59,946 bases of DNA. Source: Clostridia bacterium (lineage in GTDB: Bacteria; Bacillota; Clostridia; Oscillospirales; CAG-272). Location: contig JAFTST010000033.1 of NCBI GenBank assembly GCA_017467165.1, forward strand, positions 1 to 59,946, written 5' to 3'. The translations under genes and the position numbers were made by a program. Positions 30,942-40,771 of this stretch are shown here, piece after piece (the first letter of the stretch is position 1; each line of letters starts with the position of its first letter). Under the pieces are notes generated by a model. That model had not been told where the DNA came from, searched no databases, and worked only from the letters and a program-made list of their open reading frames with translations.

Positions 30942-33356
30942 TTATATTTTCTGGAGCTTGGCGAAGGTAGCCATCAGCCTTTTGGTCACTCCGCTGTCAA
31001 AGCGCACCTCATAGAGCACGTCGCCTCCCATATCCTTTGAGGAGAGTATAACTCCGTCACCGAAGGTGGCGTGTCTGACTCTTGCTCCCACGGGGAGCTT
31101 CTCCACGCCATAGCCCGAGGGACCGCTCTTTTTCGCGCTGCCTGCGGTATTGATTTCGGGCGGACGTGAGAACTCGCGCGAAACGCTCGACCCGCCTCTG
31201 TACTGCGCTCTCTGGTAGCCGCCGTACTGTCTTGGCGGCTCTCTTCTCGGTCTGTCCTCCTCCTTGAACCTGTCGGGCACCTCTTCCCTGATAAATGAAG
31301 ACAGCCTGCCCCATACGGTTCTGCCGTACATCATTCGGCTCTTGGCGTAGGTTACTATAAGTCTTTCCTTGGCTCTGGTTATCGCAACGTAGCAGAGACG
31401 TCGCTCCTCGCTCATCTCCGCCTCCTCCATTCGGTTCTGCTCGGAGGGGAATATACCGTCCTCCATACCTGCGAGGAACACCACGGGAAATTCGAGTCCC
31501 TTCGCCGCGTGGACGGTCATAAGCACCACAGCATCTGCCGTATCGTCATACTTATCAACGTCGCTGATAAGGAAAACCTCCTCGAGAAAGCCCATAAGAG
31601 TAGGCTCCTCTTCGCTTTCCTCCATCCTCTTTTCATACTCCAGAGCGGCGGAAACAAGCTCCATAACGTGCTCTGTCTTGGTTTCTCCCTCTCTGCCCTC
31701 GGCTACGAGCATCTGGTGGTATCCCGAGCGCTCAAAGACGTATTTTATCATCTCGGAGGGCAGACCCGCGTTACCTCTGACGTCCTCGATAAGCGCGACG
31801 AAGGAAAGAAGCTTCTCCTTGCTCTTCTCAAGTGCGGGAAATTCTGCCGCGCGCTCCATCAGAGCGTACATTGAGAGCCCGTTCATCTGTGCGAGCTGCT
31901 CGACCGCCTCCTCGGTAGCCTTTCCTATCTTTCTCTTAGGCTCGTTGAGTATTCTCTTGAGCCTGAGGTTGTCGCCCGTCGACGCCACAACCGATAGGTA
32001 GGCTATCATATCCTTGACCTCTTTTCTGTCGTAGAAGCCCATATCGCCGACGATACGGTAGGGTATTCCGCTCTTGGCGAAGGTGGTCTGGAGCGAGCGG
32101 CCCAGAGCGTTAACTCTGTACAGCACGGCAAAGTCGGAATACCTCCGCTTTTCCTCTATAACCCACTTGGTTATTTTTTCAATTATATATCTGCCCTCGT
32201 CGTTCTGGTCGAACGCCTCCTTGACGAGTATCCTCTCTCCGTCACCCTTGTCGCACCACAGGCTCTTGTTGTGTCGGTCGGAATTGTTGGCAATAACCGC
32301 GTTAGCTGCGCCGAGAATATTCGCCGTCGACCTGTAATTCTGCTCCAGCTTAATAACCGTAGCCTCGGGGTAGGTCTTATCAAAGTTAAGTATATTCTCG
32401 ACGGTCGCGCCTCTGAAACGGTATATAGACTGATCGTCGTCGCCGACTACCATTATATTTCTCGTGCCATCCGATAGAAGAGCTGTCAGGACGAACTGCG
32501 CGTAGTTGGTGTCCTGATACTCGTCGACGAGCACGTATTTGAATTTTCTCTGATAATACTCGCGTATATCGTCCTCATCCTGAAGCAGCTCGACCGTGCG
32601 CATAATTATATCGTCGAAATCGACGGCGTTATTCCGCATCATCTCCTGCTCGTAGAGATTATAGATAGCTCTGATATCTCTTCCTCTCGGGTCGGAGCCT
32701 ACGTCCATATCGTCGGGGTGCTGGAGCTTATCCTTAGCCGAGCTTATAGCGGCGAGCACCGCCTTGGGCGCGAGCCTCTTTTCGTCAATGTCGAGCGCCT
32801 TCATACAGTCAATAACCATTCTCTTCTGGTCATCGGTGTCGTAGATGGAAAAGCCGGGCTTATATCCGAGCCGCTCGCCGTATTTTCTGAGTATCCTCAG
32901 GCAGACGGAGTGAAAGGTGCCCGCCCAGATGGACGAAGCAACCGCGCTATCCTCGAATGTGGTAAGGAGTCTGTCCTTAATCTCTCCCGCCGCCTTGTTG
33001 GTGAAGGTGAATGCCAGCACCTGCCAGGGTGGACAGGAGTGCTCGATAAACTGCGGAAGTATCTCCGAGATTTCCTCGGGCGGAAGCTGATACGCGGCAC
33101 TCAGCGCCTCAACGGTGTCGGCGTCTACTCCCTCGGGCAGGTTATCCGAGAAATAAGCGTTTCCATACTTAATTATGTAAGCTATACGGTTAACCAGCAC
33201 GGTTGTCTTTCCGCTACCCGCGCCAGCAAGCACGAGGACGGGCCCCTCTGTGGTGAAAACCGCCCTTCTCTGCTCGGGATTGAGGAATTCACCGTATACC
33301 TTATCAAACAGACGGCGCTTCGCCGCCAGAAATTCATTTTTGATATTTTCCTGCAT
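30942..33356 (-). CDS. pcrA: ATP-dependent DNA helicase PcrA/UvrD
   Basis: AGAGSGKT, FTNKAA, LVDEYQDTN, VGDDDQSIY.FRGA, LEQNYRS, HAAKGLEF, EERRLCYVAITRA. Confidence 0.97.
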   Translation of the reverse strand: MQENIKNEFLAAKRRLFDKVYGEFLNPEQRRAVFTTEGPVLVLAGAGSGKTTVLVNRIAYIIKYGNAYFSDNLPEGVDADTVEALSAAYQLPPEEISEILPQFIEHSCPPWQVLAFTFTNKAAGEIKDRLLTTFEDSAVASSIWAGTFHSVCLRILRKYGERLGYKPGFSIYDTDDQKRMVIDCMKALDIDEKRLAPKAVLAAISSAKDKLQHPDDMDVGSDPRGRDIRAIYNLYEQEMMRNNAVDFDDIIMRTVELLQDEDDIREYYQRKFKYVLVDEYQDTNYAQFVLTALLSDGTRNIMVVGDDDQSIYRFRGATVENILNFDKTYPEATVIKLEQNYRSTANILGAANAVIANNSDRHNKSLWCDKGDGERILVKEAFDQNDEGRYIIEKITKWVIEEKRRYSDFAVLYRVNALGRSLQTTFAKSGIPYRIVGDMGFYDRKEVKDMIAYLSVVASTGDNLRLKRILNEPKRKIGKATEEAVEQLAQMNGLSMYALMERAAEFPALEKSKEKLLSFVALIEDVRGNAGLPSEMIKYVFERSGYHQMLVAEGREGETKTEHVMELVSAALEYEKRMEESEEEPTLMGFLEEVFLISDVDKYDDTADAVVLMTVHAAKGLEFPVVFLAGMEDGIFPSEQNRMEEAEMSEERRLCYVAITRAKERLIVTYAKSRMMYGRTVWGRLSSFIREEVPDRFKEEDRPRREPPRQYGGYQRAQYRGGSSVSREFSRPPEINTAGSAKKSGPSGYGVEKLPVGARVRHATFGDGVILSSKDMGGDVLYEVRFDSGVTKRLMATFAKLQKI

Positions 33357-33584
33357 ATTCTTATCCGTTTTCTAATCCGTTTCTATATATTCAATCGACA
33401 TCTCCAAACGAGGCGTAGCGCTCTTGGGCGCTCATCTTTCGCAGCTTCGTAATTTCTACAACTGCTTTTCAGACCAAACGCCAAAATAGGCGCTTTTTCT
33501 CCCCTCGGAAAATGGTATCGGGCTTGTACCCTTTTCGATAATATTCCCATTTCAGAGCAGTCATAAAAGATTCTCGCGATATAG

Positions 33585-33713
33585 TTTTCAACAATTTTCT
33601 TCGTCGAGAATGTGGAAAACTCAATGTCGAAAAAGCGTGAAAGAACGCGACCTTTCCTCTTTCTCCCCAGCTTCCCAACAAGTTATCGACAGCGAGGCAC
33701 CAAGTTATACACA
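33585..33713. promoter_or_regulatory. Cluster of DnaA-box-like 9-mers
   Basis: TTATACACA (33705) and TGTGGAAAA (33611) match TTWTNCACA; TTTTCAACA (33585), TGTCGAAAA (33625) and TTATCGACA (33683) have one mismatch each. Confidence 0.55.
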
Positions 33714-33892
33714 CAGGCACCCTACAAAGCTGAAAATACACTTTTCCGATATTTGAAGGAAAAAGCCTCATTCAGCTTGTTTTGACGGGTTTTAATTCAT
33801 TTCTCAAATCTGCCGCCGTTTTTCTCTGCTCAGTGTTCGTAATTCTTACTAAAAGGTGTTGTTTTTTCACGATTTTGTCAGGCTTTAACAAT

Positions 33893-35866
33893 TTATCGTC
33901 TTGTTTTTCTCTTCTGCTTGACGCCCGATGCGCCACCGCCTCTATGTGAGCTGTCTCTTGTGCCCTGGCGTCTTGACTTTTTCCCACCGGTGTTGGCGGG
34001 AATACTGCTTCTCTTTCCCTTGGTTTTAGCCTTGTCGGGAACGTAGCGCGTGTCGCTTCCCTGAGCGAATGCGGGTTTAATCAGGCATTCGGGTCCGTTT
34101 CCGATAAGGTCGCGTCTGCCCGCGAGCCTGAGCGCCTCTCTGACGAGGTTGGCATTCTCCGGCTTCTTGTACTGCAAAAGCGCCCTCTGAAGCTGCTTTT
34201 CGTGATAATCGGTCGTGACGTAGACCTCTTTTCCCGTCATCGGGTGTATACCCGTGTAGTACATCACCGTGGATATAGTGCCCGGTGTTGGGTAGAAATC
34301 CTGCACCTGCTCGGGCGAGTAGCCCCACTCCTTCAGCCACAGCGCCATATTGACAGCGTCGTTCATAGTCGTGCCGGGGTGGCTCGACATAAGGTATGGT
34401 ACAAGATACTGCTCAAGTCCCGCCTCGCGGCTTATAGCGAAGAAGCGACGCTTGAAGCGCTCAAAAACCTCAACGGGCGGCTTTCCCATCATAAGAAGGG
34501 CGTTCTGCGAGCAATGCTCGGGGGCAACCTTCAGCTGTCCTGAGGTGTGCCTTGTCACAAGCTGTCTGAAGAACTCCTCGTTTTCATCGAGCACAAGGTA
34601 GTCAAAGCGAATGCCCGAGCGCACGAACACCTTCTTGACTCCGTCGATGCGCTCTATTTTCCTCAGCATCTCGGCATATTCCGAGTGGTCAACCTTCAAA
34701 TGCTTGCACGGGGTGGGGGCAAGACACTTTTTCGTAGGACACACGCCGTGCTCCTTCTGTCTGTCACAGGAGGGATATCGGAAGTTGGCCGTTGGGCCTC
34801 CGACGTCGTTGATATAGCTCTTGAAGTCGGGCATAGCGGCTATTTTTCTCGCCTCACTCAGTACACTTTCCTCGCTTCTTGAGCGCACCGAGCGCCCCTG
34901 ATGAAAGGCGATAGCACAGAAGTTGCAGGCTCCGAAGCATCCGCGGTTGTGCGTGATGGAAAACTTAACCTCGGTGATAGCGGGAACTCCTCCCTCGCTC
35001 TCGTAGTCGGGATGATAGTCGCGCGCGTATGGCAGGGCGTAGACCCTGTCGAGCCCCTCTCTTTCGAGCGGTGGCATCGGTGGATTCTGCACCAGCATCT
35101 TATCGCCGTAGTATTCGACGATAGCCTTACCGCCTACCGAGTCCATATTCTTATACTGTGTGGCGAACGCCGAGGCATACGCCCTCTTATCCGTCTTTAA
35201 GGTGTCGTAGTCGCCGACCTCGAGATAGTCAAAATGAACGTCGTCGCCCCTCTTTCCGAGGAATACCGTGCCGCGCACGTCGCGTATTTTTCGCACGGGT
35301 ACGCCCTTATCGAGAAGCTTGGCGATTCTTACAAGAATATTTTCGCCCATTCCGTAGGCGAGTATATCCGCCCTTGAGTCAACGAGCACGCTCCTGCGAA
35401 CCCTGTCCTCCCAATAATCGTAGTGGGCAAATCGGCGTAGCGATGCCTCAAGACCGCCTATGATAACAGGCACGTCACCGTACGCCTCGCGTATTCTGTT
35501 GCAGTAAACTATCACAGCTCTGTCGGGGCGTCTGCCCATCCTGCCCCCCGGACTGTAGTAATCGTAGGAGCGGCGCTTCTTCGAAACAGTATAATGAGCG
35601 ACCATAGAGTCGATATTTCCGCTCGTGACAAGGAAGCCGAGCCTGGGTCTTCCAAAGAGCTTGAACGCCTCACAGCTCTTATAATCGGGCTGTGACAGAA
35701 TGGCAACGCGAAAGCCCTCAGCCTCGAGGACTCTCGATATGATAGATACGCCAAAGGACGGGTGGTCCACGTAGGCGTCACCCGTAACGTACACAAAATC
35801 AACGTCAGACCAGTTTCTATCCCGCACGTCAGCGGGGCAAACCGGTAAAAAGTCTTTTCTGTCCAT
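33893..35866 (-). CDS. ygiQ: YgiQ family radical SAM protein (UPF0313)
   Basis: GDAYVDHPSFG, GGLEASLRRFAHYDYW, RGCFGACNFC, VGGPTAN, EQVQDFYPTP. Confidence 0.93.
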   Translation of the reverse strand: MDRKDFLPVCPADVRDRNWSDVDFVYVTGDAYVDHPSFGVSIISRVLEAEGFRVAILSQPDYKSCEAFKLFGRPRLGFLVTSGNIDSMVAHYTVSKKRRSYDYYSPGGRMGRRPDRAVIVYCNRIREAYGDVPVIIGGLEASLRRFAHYDYWEDRVRRSVLVDSRADILAYGMGENILVRIAKLLDKGVPVRKIRDVRGTVFLGKRGDDVHFDYLEVGDYDTLKTDKRAYASAFATQYKNMDSVGGKAIVEYYGDKMLVQNPPMPPLEREGLDRVYALPYARDYHPDYESEGGVPAITEVKFSITHNRGCFGACNFCAIAFHQGRSVRSRSEESVLSEARKIAAMPDFKSYINDVGGPTANFRYPSCDRQKEHGVCPTKKCLAPTPCKHLKVDHSEYAEMLRKIERIDGVKKVFVRSGIRFDYLVLDENEEFFRQLVTRHTSGQLKVAPEHCSQNALLMMGKPPVEVFERFKRRFFAISREAGLEQYLVPYLMSSHPGTTMNDAVNMALWLKEWGYSPEQVQDFYPTPGTISTVMYYTGIHPMTGKEVYVTTDYHEKQLQRALLQYKKPENANLVREALRLAGRRDLIGNGPECLIKPAFAQGSDTRYVPDKAKTKGKRSSIPANTGGKKSRRQGTRDSSHRGGGASGVKQKRKTRR

Positions 35867-35922
35867 TTTCTCCCCCGATTTAATCAATTCCCGAAGTCCT
35901 AAAAGAACTTCGGGAAGACAAA

Positions 35923-37179
35923 TTATTTCATCAATTCTGACAGCACAGCGGCATCAAGCTTAACCTCCGACTGCGTGCCGTCCGTCATATTTCTGAGCTG
36001 TGCTGTGCCCGACTCTATCTCGGAGTCGCCAACGATAAGCACGTACCTCGCGCCAAGCTTATTGGCATATTTCATCTGCGCCTTCAGGCTTCTGCCAACT
36101 ATATCGCACTCTGCGTATCTTCCCTCTCTGCGAAGGCTCTCAACAAGTCCGAGCGCCTTAACCATCGCAGACTGACCGAGCGCCGCTATATAGAGGTCGG
36201 GCGAGGGCGTGTCAACCTTATCAATGCCGAGCTCGCGCATAGCGAGAACTATCCTCGTCAGTCCCATACCGAAGCCAATGCCAGAAAGAGCAGGTCCGCC
36301 GAGCGACTCAACGAGACCGTCGTATCTTCCTCCGCCACAGACCGTGGACTGCGCGCCTATACCCTCGGCGATAAACTCAAATACCGCGCCCGTGTAGTAG
36401 TCAAGCCCGCGAACGATAGCAGGATCCACAACGTACTCTATGCCCATAGCGTCAAGCGCCTCCTTGAGCATATCAAACCTTCCTCTGCAATCCTCGCACA
36501 GATAGTCCACCGTTCTCGGAGCATCCTTGGCTATTTCGGAGCATACTGGGCTCTTACAGTCAAGCAGCCTCAGGGGATTTCTGTTAAGTCTGGACTTACA
36601 GGTGTCACAAAGGCACTCCTTCTTCTCGGAGAAATGAGCCACCAGCGCGTCGCGGTATGCAGGGCGACAGCACTTGCAGCCTATCGAGTTAAGGTGCAGG
36701 CTCACGTTGGTGAGTCCAAGCCTGCGGAGCACGGAGCTCGCAAGCGAAATTGCCGTAGCGTCTGCGGCGGGGCTGTTCGAGCCGAACATCTCTGTTCCGA
36801 ACTGGAAAAACTCGCGGCTTCTGCCCGCCTGGGGCTTCTCGTGGCGGAAGCAGGACATAATATAGTAGTATTTCAGCGGCATAGGGTCAGAGCATCTGCC
36901 GTTTTCGATAATAGCGCGTACGACAGAGGCGGTTCCCTCGGGGCGCAGAGATATGGAGCGCTGATCCTCCCCGTCAAGGAAGGTATACATCTCCTTCTGA
37001 ACAACGTCGGTTGTATCGCCAACGCCTCTGACGAACAGCTCTGTGCTCTCAAACGTCGGCGTTCTTATCTCGCCGTAGCCGTATTTCTCCGACTCCTCGC
37101 GCATAACCGACTCAATATATCTGAATAACGGGGTTTCATCGGGAAGTATATCCATCGTCCCCTTAATCTTCTGTATCAC
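35923..37179 (-). CDS. hisS: Histidine--tRNA ligase
   Basis: KGTMDILP, LRPEGTA, FRHEKPQAGRSREF, VRGLDYY, GGGRYDGL. Confidence 0.97.
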   Translation of the reverse strand: MIQKIKGTMDILPDETPLFRYIESVMREESEKYGYGEIRTPTFESTELFVRGVGDTTDVVQKEMYTFLDGEDQRSISLRPEGTASVVRAIIENGRCSDPMPLKYYYIMSCFRHEKPQAGRSREFFQFGTEMFGSNSPAADATAISLASSVLRRLGLTNVSLHLNSIGCKCCRPAYRDALVAHFSEKKECLCDTCKSRLNRNPLRLLDCKSPVCSEIAKDAPRTVDYLCEDCRGRFDMLKEALDAMGIEYVVDPAIVRGLDYYTGAVFEFIAEGIGAQSTVCGGGRYDGLVESLGGPALSGIGFGMGLTRIVLAMRELGIDKVDTPSPDLYIAALGQSAMVKALGLVESLRREGRYAECDIVGRSLKAQMKYANKLGARYVLIVGDSEIESGTAQLRNMTDGTQSEVKLDAAVLSELMK

Positions 37180-37568
37180 TTCAAAATCTCCTTGTGCGAT
37201 TCATTTAAAATAAGCTCGAGTCTTTCCTCGTCGCCAATCCAATATAGCATTCCAATAACCGCCTCAAAGCCCGTAGCCGCGCGGTAGTCCGCCTGCGTTG
37301 AGCGCTTCGGCTTGTTAAGATGCGAGCTGTTATAGGCGCGCCTGTACACGTCCCTCTCGTCATCAAGAAGCAGATCTTCTACTCTACGGTACATCTCCGC
37401 CTGCGCCTCTGCGGTTATATACTTAAGCGCCTCACGGTTAAGGTCGCCCGATTTCGTGAGTCCGCGCTCTACCAGAAGGCGCCTGACGTACAGCGAGTGT
37501 CGCGCGTCTCCGAGATATGCGAGAGCCTGTACGGAAGGAAGGCTCGCTCCCGTTATTTTTTTATGCAT
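37176..37568 (-). CDS. mrnC: Mini-ribonuclease III
   Basis: LAYLGDA, A.AQA, YRAATGFEAVIG.LY. Confidence 0.9.
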   Translation of the reverse strand: MHKKITGASLPSVQALAYLGDARHSLYVRRLLVERGLTKSGDLNREALKYITAEAQAEMYRRVEDLLLDDERDVYRRAYNSSHLNKPKRSTQADYRAATGFEAVIGMLYWIGDEERLELILNESHKEILK

Positions 37569-37589
37569 CTGTGCTTCCTCTCGCCTCTA

Positions 37590-38591
37590 TCACTTATTGT
37601 ACTTCCGATAAATCTCGGTGAGCCTTTTTTCTATCTCGGCAAGCTCTGCCTTTATCTCAGCGCGCCTCTGCTCAACGTACGCCTCAATATCAGACATAAT
37701 TCTCTCGTATTCTATCCTGCTCTCCCACGCCTTAGCAAATCCTTTGGCGGAAACGTAGTTATTTCTCGAATGGTTTTCGATATACGTCATCATTCTACCA
37801 AGCTTGTCGGTATATTCCTCATCCGCAACGTCAAGGTATCTGTCGGTAATGTCCGCCTTGAAGGACACGGAATATGCGGCGCAGCCCTTGTTATCATATA
37901 TGTGCTCGAGGAAGTTTTTCTGCTGATTCGGTGCATTCCATCCAACAACACCCGGACGAAGAAGGGCGTTATTGATCGAGGTGTCAACCAACGGCACTCC
38001 ACCCTCGCCGTGATGCACGGCGTGCTTTATACCGCAGGCAACCAGCAGCTTGTCGTAGTCGGGCGAGTATGAAAGGTATTCGAAGAACACGGTATTCGGC
38101 ATCTCAATTCCACGTGCCTCAAGTAGCGCGCGCATTGACGAAAGGTACTCGGAGAGGTCCTCTTTTCCATCGTAGTATATGGCGGTGCACCAGCCGAACG
38201 CAAGCATTTCCTCAAACTGCTTCATAGTGATTTTTCCCTCGTCACCCGGAAGCTGCTCGGCAGACAGACACATAGTTCCTGACAAAAGCAGCGAGCTCTG
38301 TCCTGTCATTGGGAAAACAACGTCATACAGAGGGCTGTCGACCTCTAAGAAAATAATCGTAGCGTTCGCTCCGCAGGGGATTTTCACCTGGATATTATCT
38401 CTGATGGACGAATATTCGTTATGAAGCTCTGCCTTCTTTATATTGAGCTCGGTTATCTCATTGATAAACTCTCTCTCCCTCTTTTCTGCCTCCGAGCTAC
38501 GAATTTCGTTCGCAACCAGCACAGCTCCCAAGCCAACGGTAAGCGCGACAACGAGAATTATCGCAACCGTCACAACACCCGGTCTGAACAT
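37590..38591 (-). CDS. Membrane-anchored hypothetical protein with coiled coils flanking a possible deacetylase-like core
   Basis: N-terminal TM; N- and C-terminal coiled-coil stretches; GKITMKQFEEML..GW segment. Confidence 0.6.
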   Translation of the reverse strand: MFRPGVVTVAIILVVALTVGLGAVLVANEIRSSEAEKREREFINEITELNIKKAELHNEYSSIRDNIQVKIPCGANATIIFLEVDSPLYDVVFPMTGQSSLLLSGTMCLSAEQLPGDEGKITMKQFEEMLAFGWCTAIYYDGKEDLSEYLSSMRALLEARGIEMPNTVFFEYLSYSPDYDKLLVACGIKHAVHHGEGGVPLVDTSINNALLRPGVVGWNAPNQQKNFLEHIYDNKGCAAYSVSFKADITDRYLDVADEEYTDKLGRMMTYIENHSRNNYVSAKGFAKAWESRIEYERIMSDIEAYVEQRRAEIKAELAEIEKRLTEIYRKYNK

Positions 38592-38836
38592 TATCACAGC
38601 CCCTCCTTTCACACGCTGAAAATTCGCATATTAATACATTTATCATTATATATTAAATAAATACGCTTGTCAAGTGGGAAAGCGGCAAATGAAGGGTCAA
38701 GGAGACTCTTTTTCCCGATAATTATTTTTAAAATATTCAAATAGCCACTTGCAATGGCTTTCGCGCCTGTGCTATAATATTATCGGATTATTGAATTCAC
38801 CCAAGAGCAGCGGAGGCGTTCGGGCAGGAGATAGAA

Positions 38837-39550
38837 ATGAGAGATTTCGGTTATATAAGAGAAAATTATCTTGCTCTTTCGCTCGATATCAGAGAACGCG
38901 CGAAAAAGGCAGGCAGAGAGGTAACTCTCGTCGCCGTTACCAAGAGCGCCGATGACGAGGAGCTGCTGGCTCTGGCGGAGTGCGGAATCTCTGATATTGG
39001 AGAAAATCGCCCGGGAGAGCTTGCCAGAAGGGGCGAGCTGCTTTTCAGCCAGGGATATACCCCGCGCCTGCACGAGATTGGCAAGCTGCAGAGAAACAAG
39101 GTCAAGCTTATCATTGACCGTGCCGAGCTTATACACTCGGTTGACACCGTACAGCTCGGCAGGGAGATAAGCCGACTTGCCGCAGCGCGCGGAAGGGTTC
39201 AGCGCGTGCTTATCGAGGTCAACAGCGCCAGAGAGCCAAACAAGAGCGGAGCTCTTCCCGAGGAGGTCGAGGCGCTGATGCTCGAGCTGAGGAAAATGCC
39301 GTCATTATCCGTGTGCGGTCTTATGACCATGGGCCCCCTGACGCCGTCACCCGAGGATATCCGACCGTACTTCAGGCTGACGAAGGAGCTATTTGACAGA
39401 CTCTCCGAGAAATACGGCTTCGAGGGCGAGGGAATACTGTCGATGGGAATGTCGGACAGCTATGCTGTCGCTATCGAGGAGGGCGCCACTCTTGTCAGGG
39501 TGGGTTCAAGACTTTTTGAAAAAACGAAAGGAGAAAATACAGATGTTTGA
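38837..39550 (+). CDS. yggS: PLP homeostasis protein YggS/YlmE
   Basis: LVAVTK, IGENR, IGKLQRNKVK, GLMTM, LSMGMS.SY..AIEEGATLVRVG. Confidence 0.95.
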   Translation: MRDFGYIRENYLALSLDIRERAKKAGREVTLVAVTKSADDEELLALAECGISDIGENRPGELARRGELLFSQGYTPRLHEIGKLQRNKVKLIIDRAELIHSVDTVQLGREISRLAAARGRVQRVLIEVNSAREPNKSGALPEEVEALMLELRKMPSLSVCGLMTMGPLTPSPEDIRPYFRLTKELFDRLSEKYGFEGEGILSMGMSDSYAVAIEEGATLVRVGSRLFEKTKGENTDV

Positions 39551-39935
39551 AAGACTTAAGGAGAAATTTACCAAGCGCGAGGAGGAAAACGATATGGTTT
39601 TCAAGCCTCTTGACGAGGAGGTTTCCGAGGAAAATACAACCGCTCCCGCGCCTGCCGCACCCGCGGCGCAGGACCCCGCTCCCTCGCACAACGCGAGCGT
39701 AGAGCTCAAGGTTATCCGCCCCGAGTCCTACGAGGAGGTCAGCGTGGTTGCAGACAGTCTTCTCGCTGGCTGCACCGTAGTTCTCAACATGGAGGTGCTT
39801 GACAAGCCTACTATGTACCGTATGCTTGACTTCCTCAACGGAGTTACCTACTGCACCGACGGAGAGATAAAGAGGGTTTCCCCGAGCACCTTTATCATCA
39901 CACCTCACAGCGATATAGATATTTCCGATATGTGA
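39543..39935 (+). CDS. sepF: Cell division protein SepF
   Basis: VIRPESYEE...VVLNME...RMLDFLNG...IKRVS..TFIITP; position after yggS. Confidence 0.9.
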   Translation: MFERLKEKFTKREEENDMVFKPLDEEVSEENTTAPAPAAPAAQDPAPSHNASVELKVIRPESYEEVSVVADSLLAGCTVVLNMEVLDKPTMYRMLDFLNGVTYCTDGEIKRVSPSTFIITPHSDIDISDM

Positions 39936-39948
39936 TAAGGAAACAGCA

Positions 39949-40221
39949 GTGGAAATTGTTTTTTATGTTATAGCAAAGGCCGTATCAATTCTGCTCAGCA
40001 TAGTATCCTTGGCTATGTTCCTGCGCGTCATACTGCAGTTTTTCGCAGATGAGGATAACAAGCTTGTCGTATTCTGCTACGCTATCACGGAGCCCTTCAT
40101 AGTACCCGTGCGCGTGCTTTTCGTCAAGCTGAACGTCGGGCAGAATTCTCCGCTCGATATTCCCTTCTTCGTCACCTATCTTATTATTTCGGTTCTTCAA
40201 ATGCTGCTACCGATAATTTGA
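39949..40221 (+). CDS. yggT: YggT/YlmG family membrane protein
   Basis: ITEPFIVPVR...PLDIPF; synteny with yggS-sepF. Confidence 0.88.
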   Translation: MEIVFYVIAKAVSILLSIVSLAMFLRVILQFFADEDNKLVVFCYAITEPFIVPVRVLFVKLNVGQNSPLDIPFFVTYLIISVLQMLLPII

Positions 40222-40234
40222 CACGGGGGCATAT

Positions 40235-40771
40235 ATGGATTTTAAAAAGCTTATAAGAAAGAGAAAGCCCTCCGAGTATTTTTTATATCTCGGAGTTATC
40301 GCCCTCGGAGTTTTTCTCGACCAGCTGACAAAGTGGCTCGCGGTCGAATATCTGACAAAGGTTACTACCGTGCCGATAATCAAGGGGGTTATCCATCTGA
40401 CCTATCTTGAAAACCCCGGCGCCGCATTCGGCTCCTTCGCCGACTCTCCCTGGGTGTTCAACACGGTGTCCACCGTGGCGATTATCGCTATGCTTCTATA
40501 CCTTTTTTCAGGCAGAAGCTCCACCGTGCTTGAGGCGGTATCGGTAGCGATGATAATCTCGGGCGGAATTGGAAATATGATAGACCGCCTGTCGCTCGGA
40601 TACGTTGTGGATTTCATCGATTTCCGTCTTATCAACTTCGCCGTCTTCAACGGCGCGGACTCCTTCGTCTGCGTTGGCGCGGGGCTTCTTATTCTCTCGC
40701 TCTCTCTGGAGCTTGCACGAGAGGTTAAGGCAGAAAGGTCGCACACCAAAGGAGGCGACGGAGAAAATTGA
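40235..40771 (+). CDS. lspA: Lipoprotein signal peptidase
   Basis: DQLTK, NPGAAFG, GGIGNMIDR, VVDFI, FNGAD. Confidence 0.95.
   Translation: MDFKKLIRKRKPSEYFLYLGVIALGVFLDQLTKWLAVEYLTKVTTVPIIKGVIHLTYLENPGAAFGSFADSPWVFNTVSTVAIIAMLLYLFSGRSSTVLEAVSVAMIISGGIGNMIDRLSLGYVVDFIDFRLINFAVFNGADSFVCVGAGLLILSLSLELAREVKAERSHTKGGDGEN

Noticed and set aside
33469-33987. ORFs 33469-33771 and 33772-33987 in the ygiQ-pcrA gap
   Set aside because: No SD or recognisable motifs; the region is better explained as non-coding DNA with DnaA-like boxes
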